From Psammoneis japonica (Eukaryota): DNA of 64,000 bases. Below are positions 36,008 through 47,530 of the stretch, piece after piece. The stretch lies in the NCBI GenBank assembly GCA_008632985.1, contig QPGO01000120.1, positions 62,001 through 126,000 of the forward strand. The letters are read 5' to 3'. Under the pieces are notes generated by a model. The model saw only the letters and a program-made list of their open reading frames with translations. It was not told where the DNA came from and ran no database searches. Both the position numbers and the translations under genes were made by a program. Numbering within the stretch: position 1 is the first letter of the stretch; each line of letters opens with the position of its first letter.

Positions 36008-37939
36008 TCATTTCTTCTGTGGTAACTGTAACTGCACACAAGCCTCTTGTTTTTCCCGTTTGGACGAGCTAGTGACATCGCTGTACCTATGGTATCGCTT
36101 CCTGGAAGTAAAATGGGTTGGCGGAGGCTCCCAGCTCTTTGGACTCGAGCGCTTGTACGCGAAAATGTCGGGAATCTCGAAGACCAGTTGAAAATCTGGT
36201 TGCTTTCTTGTTTGCTTATCATCATCGTTCAAATAAGTCTCTTTCTGGAATAAAAACGGTTCGAAGCATTCAGTTGGGACCATGAACGCCGTGTAGGCAG
36301 CGCCGTTATCCTGGTAACCAGGAATTCTGGTTCTAAATACATCTTCAAATTTCTCGCGAACGTGCTGCTTCACAGCGTGCTCGGGACGACGCGGTAAGCC
36401 AGTAGCCCCAGACACCGTCATCTGTAGGAGCAATGCAGCAATGTTTACGTCGAGACCTAAAAGTTCTCCATCTACAAGAACAGCTGAATCGTAGGACGGG
36501 TGGTTGCTTGAGTATGGCCACAGATACTTGCTCTTCTCAACCGAGCCGGCGAACGCCTGCTCTAGGAGAATGGACGGATCATTTGATTTGTACCGAACAG
36601 TACCCGTTAAAGCCGGGAAAATGACATGACGAGTTTCGTTGGTGTTGTCGGAATCGTCACGGTGAACAACACGCATCTTGAGCTTGAGATCACCGTCCTT
36701 GTTATTTTCCAACAAACGATGACATCGCAGCTCAAAAAGCGCACCGTAAACACACTCGAAACCACTTTGACCCGCCCAGTTCTTGAGGCACAACTTCAAA
36801 GTTTCGTTGCTATAATTGAGCAACTCATCGTTGAACATTTCCAGAATCTTGGGGGACCCAAAGGTGTATCGGTACTGGCTAAAGTCGTTGGGCTCTTCGA
36901 CTTGATCATCACTGCCAGTCTGATCAACCGACATCTTTTCTGCATCCTCAAACTTGGCAATAGGTCTCTCTTCATCAAAATCCACTGACGTGTGAATAAT
37001 GGAACCTCTGCTACTCGTATTCCTGGCCAAAACATTGTCGCCACGATTCTTGACCACTTCCTTTACTTTGGCTACAAGTTCATCCCACACCTCGCCTTGT
37101 AGCAACCATCCTCGAATGCATCCGCCAAATTTATCGTACAACTTGTCGACCTCATCCAAGTTAACAAGCGACGTGTCTGCATCCTGGTGCTTCAAGAGTG
37201 GCAAAGCCCTCTTGGCCTCAAGCTTGCTCCAGAGAGGCATGTAATCGTACCGAAAAGGCCCGCCTCCTTTTGTGTTCCAATAGCTGATCAAAGAGTGGCC
37301 GCGCGACAGAATATAGATTAGATGGTTGATATCGTTTCTACGGTCTTGAACTCTGGTGTCCCCCGCTTTTGGATCGTGGATGACAATGATGTCAAACAGC
37401 TCGGTCAGCAAGTCAGGCCAATGCCGAGTTTCAGCAGTATCCCAATATGCCGCGTAACACTTGCCACCGTCTTCCATCTCTAAAAAGTCAGACAAACCGA
37501 AATAGCGCTTTGCCACAGGATCGAATGAGAACATGTAGACGTTGTCCTTTTCCCAGTACAGAACAGTCTGCTTTTGTTGTACATAGTGTCGAACTAGCAG
37601 CACTCCGAAAACTGACTTCCCAATTCCAGGGGTTCCAGTTACCGCAGTCCTATAGTATCCACGTGGTGCTGTAAGAATGGAATTGTGGATTTGAGGCAGA
37701 AGATGATCGTAGCATGGGCGAATGATGAGACTATCGGTATCGAACATGTTCTTGCCGGTGCCCAGTGGGATGTATTTGCAAGAGCCGCCGCCTCCGTCCA
37801 CGATCGGTGCAAAGAGAGCAGCAGCAAAAAAAGTTTCCGCAGAAAGGGAAATGTCTGAAATCTCTGAAGCGACAGGCGAAGGATTGCGATCCTTCGCCTC
37901 AGGGCGTTTATAGACGAGCTTAAAGGAGGTGGTCGACAT
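36008..37939 (-). CDS. Crinkler/RHS-like P-loop NTPase plus restriction-endonuclease-fold protein
   Basis: VTGTPGIGKS Walker A; FGGCIR; GALFE..H, P...NHPSYDS and LLQMTVS motifs typical of CR-NTPase+REase proteins; intronless and intact. Confidence 0.75.
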   Translation of the reverse strand: MSTTSFKLVYKRPEAKDRNPSPVASEISDISLSAETFFAAALFAPIVDGGGGSCKYIPLGTGKNMFDTDSLIIRPCYDHLLPQIHNSILTAPRGYYRTAVTGTPGIGKSVFGVLLVRHYVQQKQTVLYWEKDNVYMFSFDPVAKRYFGLSDFLEMEDGGKCYAAYWDTAETRHWPDLLTELFDIIVIHDPKAGDTRVQDRRNDINHLIYILSRGHSLISYWNTKGGGPFRYDYMPLWSKLEAKRALPLLKHQDADTSLVNLDEVDKLYDKFGGCIRGWLLQGEVWDELVAKVKEVVKNRGDNVLARNTSSRGSIIHTSVDFDEERPIAKFEDAEKMSVDQTGSDDQVEEPNDFSQYRYTFGSPKILEMFNDELLNYSNETLKLCLKNWAGQSGFECVYGALFELRCHRLLENNKDGDLKLKMRVVHRDDSDNTNETRHVIFPALTGTVRYKSNDPSILLEQAFAGSVEKSKYLWPYSSNHPSYDSAVLVDGELLGLDVNIAALLLQMTVSGATGLPRRPEHAVKQHVREKFEDVFRTRIPGYQDNGAAYTAFMVPTECFEPFLFQKETYLNDDDKQTRKQPDFQLVFEIPDIFAYKRSSPKSWEPPPTHFTSRKRYHRYSDVTSSSKREKQEACVQLQLPQKK

Positions 37940-39095
37940 GATTGTGAACAAGCTTTGTTGTGCGGTTGCCTTTGTTTGTTCTGGTTCTTATTTTATTAAT
38001 GTCACCGTCACCCAGCCAGGCTGATGCGTTTCGATCGTGAGTCGTGAGTTCACCATCAGTCAACTCGTGGATTACTCGAGAGGCATTTTTACTCGTGACT
38101 GAAAAACGTCGCCCTTCGATGACGTGGATGCACGATGCACAGTAAGTGCTTGCTGGAAGTCTCGGCCTGAGGGACTGAAAATTGCCCTCAACGGAAATCG
38201 CCGTCACGTTTGGCGAGGGCAGAAAGTGGTCGGTCAAACGAACGGGACAATGAGAGAAGATTGACTCACACGGGTTCCGACAGCTGTGACTTCATCCGGT
38301 GCCGACGCCGATGACTTTGTTGTCAAGTCGAAGAGCACAGCTGTCACATCACCTGGCGGCAAAGCCTGCGTCTTTTTGCGTTCAGTGAGAATCTTGGAAA
38401 TGGCAACAACAAAAACACACCTGCAAGAGCAGGAGAGCACCCCAAGAGAGTGCAGCGAGGTGCCATGGTGGAATCAAACTTTCTTGGAGGACTTCTTGCA
38501 AGGACAAACAATGTTGTCACAACCAGGGGGGCAAAAACAAGTTTTTGGGTGCTGCATCAACATGCCACACAGCCACACTGCTGTGGGAGACTCCAGCCGA
38601 TGCACCCCAGCAAACCCATGCTGTTGATCATGCCACAGGAAGAGGATGGCGGGAGTTGATGTCATCCTGGGATGACACAGCCCCGGGCAACTTGGCAGCA
38701 TCTTGTGCCTTGCACAGCACTCTGAGCCAAGCACAGGCTTGCAGCCAGCTCTTGCCTCTGCCAGCGATCACCAATTTTTTGCCAGTTTGACACAAGCTTC
38801 TCTGCCTTCTCCATCTCAGCTAAACACAAGAAATGGGCCCAATCTCTTTTGCCAAGCAATTGTCTCATCATCAGCTGCGGGCAACTCAAGTGTTTTCACA
38901 TGCCTTGTTGGCACCGTCGCCAGCTGGCTGCCCAGTGTGTGACATGACCACATGTGCCCATGCATGGGTGCATGATGGGTCTTGGTTGCACAGCCATGTC
39001 TCTCAAAAATCTCACTGCTGAGACATCAAATCATGTGCAGGAAATGACAGACAAGTTTCCCAGAGCCCCAGAAGGCTCGCTCTCCTCATTTTTTG

Positions 39096-42000
39096 TGACA
39101 GGATTTGAACAGGATTTGGGTGCGCGCGAAATGTCGCGCGCTGTTTAGTTTGCCGCGCACAGTTTTGTGTGCTTTAGTTCCGCATGTTCGCACGCGATGT
39201 GGTTTGCTTTCGAGCCACAAGACTCACAAGAATGACAACAGCAGCCCGATCACACCGACTTGCACGTCTTTCGGCTCCTGTGACGGTCTCTGAGCGGAGA
39301 CTCATCTGCCATTTAGACAGCAGTGAGGAGTCATTGTTTGAATTCTTGCCATTTGCCTTCAATTTCTGTCAGATCAACAGTCTTGCTCATTGTCAACCCA
39401 TTGAGCAACCGCCATCGTTGTCGTGATTTACCAACGACGCCACTTCAATTCTGCGTGGACCTCCGTGTGTGTTCTACATGCATCGGCAAGTCTGCGCACG
39501 TTCAACACCAGGCATCGGCAGGAAGTTGACGTCACCGTCAAAGCCTCCTTGCCGCTGGACATCTGGATTGATTGTGCCACCTTTGATCGCTGAAGACATG
39601 CATCAAAGGTCACGCCCCAAGTCTGTCCTTGATCCTCATCCCTTGGCACACCCATTCATCGGTTGACGGTCAAGAACCCCACATGTTCAAGGATCTTCGT
39701 CGCTGAAGACATGCATGTGTGCATGTCTTCACGGCCAAGAACTTGCACCCACTCTTCGGACTGCGGTTTTGCTGCCACTCTACAAGCACACTGAGTCCAT
39801 TGCACCTGATCTGCCCCGGACTGCTGGTGCTCTGTGGTTCCACTGGGTCCACGAGGACGACTGTGAGAGCAAGCAGCCGTGACCACAGCCTGCGTTGGGG
39901 CGATGGTGTTTTCCCGCGTTTGTTCGTTCGTCCACAGCGCCCAATGCCTGCGTCAACTGGCCAGCCTGATCGGGAAATCCAACCGACATAAAACAAGAAC
40001 GGTTCGGGGGTCTTGTCCACCTCTGGTCAGCTCACCTGCAGGGGTTTGCAACCCGCTGCTCCGCTCGCAAGCAACCCAAAGCGCCGCTGGCTGCGGGTTC
40101 GGACGTGCCGGCACAACTCTACGGACCGGATGGGAAGTTTGGCACTTGACAACGAACGGGATGGCACAGCCCGGCGACTTCTGATTTTAAGGTAGTTCAA
40201 GATTTCAAGTCAAGTCCATTTCAAGTCAAGTCCACTCTCACCCAAGTTTCAAGTCTGCCCTCGCTTCCCAACAAGAATTGCTTGTCCTGACACCACTTTT
40301 GTCTGCCATGGTTCTCACTCGTCAGCAACAAACCGATGGTTTCGAGCACGTTGTTGGAACCGTGCTTGCCCAAGGTGTTGGGAGCCCTCTTCGTTTGGCT
40401 TTGACCCAAGACGGCACGGACTCGCATCAAGAACTGTTCACGTTCATGCCGTCCCAAATCGACTCGCTTGAGTGCGACAACGGCGCTAATGTGGTCCCTT
40501 TGCCCCGCGGTTATAAGAACATGTTAGCAGCTCTGACCAGTCTGTGCATTGTCAAAGCACACGAAGGTCTTGACGTTGCCAATGACTCCTCGTTGTTCAC
40601 GCATGATGAGTTCCTTGCCTGCCGCCTCAGCCCCGACCACATGTCTTCTGTGTCCGTCGGCAGCTCACCCCTCGCACCTCCGCATGTCACCAACCCGACC
40701 AAGGCACGCGACCCGGTGCGAGACTTCAAGCGAGGCATCAAGCGCGACCCCACCGCTTTCACGGCTCTCAAATCTGACAAGCAGTGGCACACTTGGCACA
40801 CCTCACTTGTGGCACAAGCCCGTGCCCAAGACGTCGAGTGCACTCTAGACTCGTCGCACAAACCAACCAGCCCCGAAGACAAACTGCTCTTTGCTGAACA
40901 GCAAAAGCACATGTTTGCCGTCTTCGAACGCATTCTTCTCACCGACAAGGGCAAGGCTCTCATTCACGAAAATGTGGGGTCTTCTGACGCCCAGACTGTC
41001 TGCCGCGCCTTGTCTGAGCATGCGCTCGCCTCCACCCGCGCATCCATCAAGTCCTCCACCTTGCTCACGCACCTCACCACCGCACGTCTTGGTGATGGCA
41101 CTTGGAAAGGTCCGACCCACGGGTTCATCCTCCATTGGCAAGATCAGTTGTGCAAGTGCGAGGCACTCATCCCGGCCAGTGACCACTTCTCTGAAGGACA
41201 GAAGCGCGTCATGCTAGAGAATGCCGCACACCCTGTCGAGGAACTCCGTGCTGTCAAGAACCAAGCTGATCAGCATCGTGCGCAGAGTGGCAAGAGCCTC
41301 ACATGCGATCAACACTGTGGCTTGCTCCTCTCCGCGGCGGCTCAATGCGACAGTGCGTTTCAACCCAAGACAACACCTCGAGCTCCCCGACGTGCCATGT
41401 GCGCACACGACATCTGCTCCGAGGAACCGTCCGACGATGTGTTCTGCGACATTGACAGCGACATTGACGTCCTTCAGGCCAATGCTGCCTGCACCCGTGG
41501 TCCCAGCCTCACCGGTGACCAATGGAAACGTCTCCCTCCCGACCACCAACGGATTTGGGATTCGTTGCCCCATTCCTCCAAGGCGATCATCCTTGAGCAT
41601 TCTCATCCGCCTCCCCGCAACCCGCGAGCCAGCAACTGCCATGAGTCCGTTACGGCCAACCTTCACGACCAACGCCTTGGGAGTGACGGTGATGTCAACT
41701 TGTCCAACACGACTCCTGCTGACTCTGGTGACTCCGCTCCAAATGTGGGTGCCACTTTGGACAATCCCATCCTGGCGCACCTCACCAAGTGCAAGCCACT
41801 GCCACCCGGTGATCTGCAACATCTGTTGTCTCCTAACCAAGCCCCCAACGCCAGTCGACCGGGGCCATCCGCCGCTCCCTCTACCCCGCCAGCTTCTGCC
41901 GATGACATGGAACTTGCGGCCACACTTGCCGTCGCGTCAACAACCACAATGTCATTTGCTCTGCCTCTGCTCATCGCTCCACACACACTGGTGCTCTAGT

Positions 42001-45000
42001 CGATCGTGGGGCCAATGGCGGCATTGCTGGCGACAACGTTCGCGTCATTGCACGCACCTCTCGCCAAGTCAACGTTCAGGGCATTGAAGACCATCAATTG
42101 GTGGACATCCCTGTTGTCGCCGCTGGTGCCGTCATTGAGACCCAGCGTGGTCCCGTCATCGCCATCCTCCATCAGTGCGCATGCACGGGCAAGGGCAAGA
42201 CCATCCATTCCTGCGGCCAGCTCAAATGGCACAAACAGGATGTCAACGATCGCTCTGTCAAGGTGCCCAACGGCTTGCAACGCACTGCCACTCCTGATGG
42301 CTGTGTCATCCCCATTGACATCAAGGGCGGCCTGCCTTTTGTTGCCATGCGACCTTGCACTGACGCCGAATGGGACACCCTGCCCCATGTCATCCTCACC
42401 GGTGATGACACATGGGATCCTTCCGTCCTCGATCACTCTGTCACTGACGACGACCAGTGGTGCGATGCGATCTCTGACCTGCAGGACGATCCCACTGCCA
42501 ACCCATTTGACGAATGCGGCAACTGCCGTCATCGTGTCGTTGTCAATGAGACCATCATGTCCGCTTCCTTGTCTGCCGATCACGTGTCCGCCCTCGATGA
42601 TCACCTCATTCCGAACAACGACGTGTTCCACGAGTGTCATCCACACGCGATTGACCCCAAGGACGACGACGTTCCGCCCCCGGAGCAAACTGTGCAGCCC
42701 AAGGACCCCCCCTTCGAGTCTCTTCGGCCTCACTTTGGCTTCCTCCCTGCCGATGCGGTCCGTCGCACTTTTGACTGCACCACGCAGTGCGTCCGCATGC
42801 CCGCCAGTGCACGCCTTGGGAAGGCCTGCAAATCACCCAACCCCGCCCTTAATGTGCACCGCCGCAACGAGCCCATCGCCACTGACACCGTTCATGCCGA
42901 CACCCCGGCCGTCGACTCTGGTTGCACCAGCGCCCAACTGTTTGTTGGCACCGAGTCCACCGTCACTGACGTTTACGGCACCAAGACGGACAAAGAGTTT
43001 GTCAACACACTCAAGGATCAGATCCGGGAGCGTGGTGCCCCATCCAAACTCATTGGCGACCGTGCTCAAGTTGAGATCAGCAACAAGGTGCTCGGGATCC
43101 TACGAGCCCTCTTCATCTCCAGCTGGCAAAGTGAGCCTCACCAGCAACACCAAAACTTTGCCGAGCGTCGACACCAGACCGTGAAGCGCATGGCGAACAC
43201 TGTCATGGATCGTTTTGGTTTGCCCGCCCACACATGGCTGCTGGCGCTCATGTGTGTGTGCTTCACACTCAACCATGCAGCGTCCCCACGTCTCCACTGG
43301 CGCACGCCCCTCGAGACTCTCACTGGCTCCACCCCGGACATCAGCCCATTGCTTCGCTTTCACTGGTGGGAACCCATGTGCTTCCACCTCGATGACTCCG
43401 ATTGGCCGTCCGAATCCCGTGAGTTGCGTGGACGCTTTGTTGGCATTGCTGAGCACGTCGGCCACCAGATGACCTTCAAGATTCTCTCTGATGAGACTCA
43501 GAAGATCCTCTGCCGGTCCAACGTACGCTCCGCCACCACCGATCCTGCCGTTCGAAACCTGCATCTTGATCCTCCTGATGGGGAGCCACCTGAACCCATC
43601 ATCAAATCTCGCCATGACGACAACCCCGTCGATTCTCCTGATGGGGAGATCAGGACACCCAAGATGCCAGTTTTCGATCCGCAAGACATCATCGGACGCA
43701 CCTTCCTCATGCAGCCACAAGAGGACGGACAACGCCACAGAGCTCGCATCGTCAAGGCCGTCGAAGACCACGAATGGAAAGTGAGTGGCAATCCCGAGCT
43801 CACTAAGTTCGTCTGCTCTGTCAACAACGAGGAATGCGAGGAAGTCCTTGCCCACAATGTCATCATGAATCACATTGAGCAAGAAGACGAAGACACTGCT
43901 GTTTGGAAATTTCGACACATCGTGTCACACGAAGGACCTCTGAAGCCTCATGACCCAACCTGGAAAGGCTCAAGCTACAACATCATGCTTGAATGGGAAA
44001 GTGGGGAGATCACGTCCGAGCCTCTTGCCATCATCGCCAAGGATGACCCCGTCACCTGCGCCATCTATGCACGAGAGAACGGACTTCTCGACACTGATGG
44101 CTGGAAGCGGTTCCGCACCATCGCGAGGCGCCAAAAGAAGCCATTTCGCATGGCCAACCAAGCCAAGCTTCGCTCCTTCTGCACTGCACCTCGCTGCAAG
44201 TACGGATGCGAAGTTCCCCGGAACTGCAAACACGCCATGTCACTAGACGAACGCAACGGCAACCGCAAATGGGGAGATGCAACTAATCTCGAGATGGACC
44301 AACTCGAGGAATACGAAGTCTTCCATGACTGCGGGCCCTTCGAGTCTTCCACTCCTCCTGCGGGACACAAGAAGATCCGAGTGCACCCAGTGTACGACGT
44401 GAAACACGACGGTCGCCACAAGGCACGACTCGCAGCCGATGGGCACCTCACAGACGTGCCTGTCGACAGTGTCTGCTCCGGAGTGGTCTCCCTCCGTGGC
44501 CTTCGGCTGATGATTTTCCTGGCCGAACTCAATGAGTTGGAGACATGGGCCACCGACATTGGCAATGCCCACCTTGAAGCCACCACCAAGGAGAAGCTTT
44601 ACATTGCAGCCGGACCCGAATTTGGCAAACTCGAAGGACACATCCTTGTCATCCACAAGGCCCTGCATGGACTGCGCAGCTCTGGTCTCCGCTGGCACGA
44701 GCACTTCGCCGACTGCCTGCGAGCTGAAGGATTCTTCCCCTGCCACGCCGAACCCGACATTTGGATGCACAGGAACGGCGACCACTGTGAACACATTGCC
44801 GTTTGTGTGGATGACCTCGCCATTCCCATGAAGGACCCTCAATCTTTCGTCGACACTCTCACGGAAAAGTGCAAGTTCAAGCTCAAGGGTGCGGGACCCA
44901 TTGAGTTCCATCTGGGTTGCGACTTTTCCCGGGATCCTGACGGAACCTTGTGCCTGTCTCCACGCAAGTACATCGAGCGCATGGTCGACAGCTGCGCCCG

Positions 45001-46199
45001 ACTGTTTGGGGAGAAACCTGCCACCAACGCCCTGTCACCTCTGGAGAAGGGTGACCACCCCGAACTGGACACTTCCGAACTGCTGGGGCCCGATGGCATT
45101 CACAAGTTCCAGTCTCTTGTTGGTTCACTCCAATGGGCAGTGTCCCTTGGTCGAATTGACATTGCCACGGCCGTCATGTCACTCTCTAGCTTCCGAGCTG
45201 CGCCCCGTCAAGGCCACTTGGATCATGCCAAACGCGTCTGTGGGCACCTCTCCAAGATGCGACACGGCGCTCTCCGTGTTCGCACGGAAGAGCCCGATTG
45301 TTCGGATCTCCCTGCTCCGGCCTATGAGTGGATGCATTCCGTGTACGGCGAAGCAGAAGAGATGATCCCGAAGGACGCTCCACCGCCCCTTGGCAAGTTC
45401 GTCACTGCCACCCACTGCGTCGATGCAAACTTGCACCATTGCATGCTCACCGGACGCTCTGTCATGGGAATGCTCCACTTCCTCAACAAATTCCCTGCTG
45501 ATTGGTTCTCTAAGAAGCAAGCCACCGTGGAGACTGCGACCTGCGGGTCTGAATTTGTTGCCGCAAGGACTTGTGTCGAGCAGATTGTTGACCTGCGCAT
45601 CACCCTGCGCCACCTTGGCATCCCGATCCGTAATGTCAGTTACATGTTCGGTGACAACAAGTCGGTTGTAGACAGTGCCACCATCCCGCACTCCAAGTTA
45701 CACAAGCAACACACTGCACTGTCGTTCCACCATGTGCGTGAGGCAATTGCCTCTGGTCACCTTGAGTTCCACTTCATCGAAGGCTCCCGCAACCCTGCTG
45801 ACATTCTCAGCAAGCATTGGGGTTGCTCCCAAATCTGGGACCTTCTCTGCCCCCTCATGTTCTGGAACTTCATTCCATCCGAAGTCGAATCTGTTTCTGT
45901 GACTCCTCAAGCAAACTGGGGAGTGACAGGATTTGAACAGGATTTGGGTGCGCGCGAAATGTCGCGCGCTGTTTAGCTCACCGCGCACAGTTTTGTGTGC
46001 TTTGGTTCCGCGCGTTCGCGCGCGATGTAGTTTGCTTTCGAGCCACAAGGCTCACAAGAATGACAACAGTGGCCCGATTGTGCTGACTCACATGTCTTTT
46101 GGCTCCTGCAATGGTCTCTGAGTGGAGACTCATCTGCCATTTAGACAGCAGCAAGGAGTTGTTGTTTGAATTCTTGCCATTTGCCTTCAATTTCTGTCA
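39096..46199 (+). mobile_element. Full-length Ty1/copia (CoDi-like) LTR retrotransposon, hypermutated
   Basis: 276-bp LTRs 39096-39371 and 45924-46199 (TG..CA); TSD TTTTG (39091-39095, 46200-46204); PPT GGGGAG; domain order gag-PR-IN-RT-RH. Confidence 0.97.
40308..45976 (+). pseudogene. gag-pol polyprotein of the copia element (one frameshift near 41910; Tyr mostly replaced by Cys/His)
   Basis: FKRGIKRD (gag), ALVDRGANGG (protease), ATDT..GDRAQVE..QNFAER (integrase), KHDGRHKARL, DIGNAHL, CVDD (RT), CGSEFVAAR..NPADILSKHW (RNase H). Confidence 0.93.
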
Positions 46200-47530
46200 T
46201 TTTGCAGCGCCAAAAGCTGGCTCTGCAGGCTGGATTTGCACTGACACCTTCTTTGACCTCGCCTGTTGCTGCTCGCTGGTGTGTGACAGCAAGCCACAAG
46301 CTGCTGTCATGAAACAAGCATGTCACCAGCCAGCTTGTCCTTTTTGGGGAGAGGGGTGGCTTGTGCAAAAATGCAAGGAAGGGGGCATGCCACATCATTG
46401 AGAGAATGATGCCCGCCCTCAGTTTTTGAAGCTGTTGCTGCTCCTTCAATGACAGGAGCAGGAAAAAAGAGCAAGGTGATGGCCAAGCGGGGGCACGTGT
46501 CAACGGCATCTTCAGATCATGTCAAACACAGAGTGCTCTGCTGACCAAGAAAAAAGCTTTGTGAGCAAGTCTCAGTGCAGAGGAGGAGAGCACCACACTG
46601 CTTGAATGCAGCAACAATTGTCTTGCTTTGGCTGTTTGTTTTTTTCATTGGAGCAGCTGCAGGGAGTGCCCTGTTGCTGAGCTCTGCGGGGGGGCATGGA
46701 CCTGCAAGGCCGCGAGATGCAGAGAGACAAGCCACAGCAATGTCGTCCCATGCACAACATGAGTTGTCAAGGGAGATCTGCAGGGATGGAGTTTTCCAGC
46801 AGGAGAAGGAAATCCCCTGTGGTGTGATTGAAAAGCCACACAGAGGCTGCACTTTGCACATTGTGCAAAAAGCATGCCGGGCGTGTGTGCGCGTTTTGAG
46901 TTCATTGGGTCAGAGGGGATCTCTGCCTGGCACGTGCATGTGAGGAGGTCACGCGCAATGTCACCCAGTGTTGCGGTGTGAAGACCAGATGGTGCAGTGG
47001 GATGAAACGACATCATGCAGGTGGGGAACGGGAGGGTTTCGGGGTTGGATTGGCAAGTTGTGGTTGAAGTTTGGTGGAGCGGCAAAGAAGCTGGTCAGCA
47101 AGGGATTTGGTGACCGTGAGACTGAGACTTTGCAAGGATCATTGGCTTGGGGTGGTGGTGTGGCATGTGAGACCAAACCTGGTCGAGGTGATGGTGTTCC
47201 AGGCAGTTGTGGCAGTGGGAAGAAGGCCCGATGGGGAGAGTTGGGCATTGGTTGCGAAGAAACTCGCATGGCATGTTGGGCCACTATGACGTCACAACCA
47301 GATGCGATGGAGGCTTCAGACAAAGAGACAAGACACCTGCCGCAGCTCGGATGTGCCGACGTCACAAAATTGAAAATGGTGACATCAGCAGATTTTGTAT
47401 GGTTCGCCCCGTAGAAAGTACCGTAGTACAGTACGTGCGTTGGAAACGCACTCTCGTTGTGCGAAAGAACAATTAATTGTCTCATCACTCTTTTCACAAT
47501 TTTTCAAAAACTCCCTCCAACACGACCAAC

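Larger units (their letters stand above)
38240..47390. repeat. TpA-depleted domain: older relic interrupted by a full-length copia element
   Basis: Flanks 38240-39090 and 46205-47390 are poor in both TA and CG; the nested element lacks TA but keeps many CG. Confidence 0.7.

Noticed and set aside
40308..45976. Alternative genetic code or recoding (TGY/CAY read as Tyr)
   Set aside because: Host genes use TAY for Tyr normally, and non-coding LTR and PBS sequence shows the same changes.
39096..46199. Classical RIP, APOBEC or ADAR editing as the cause
   Set aside because: RIP and APOBEC are C>T and would raise TpA; RNA-level A>I editing would be one-stranded and largely shared by both LTRs.
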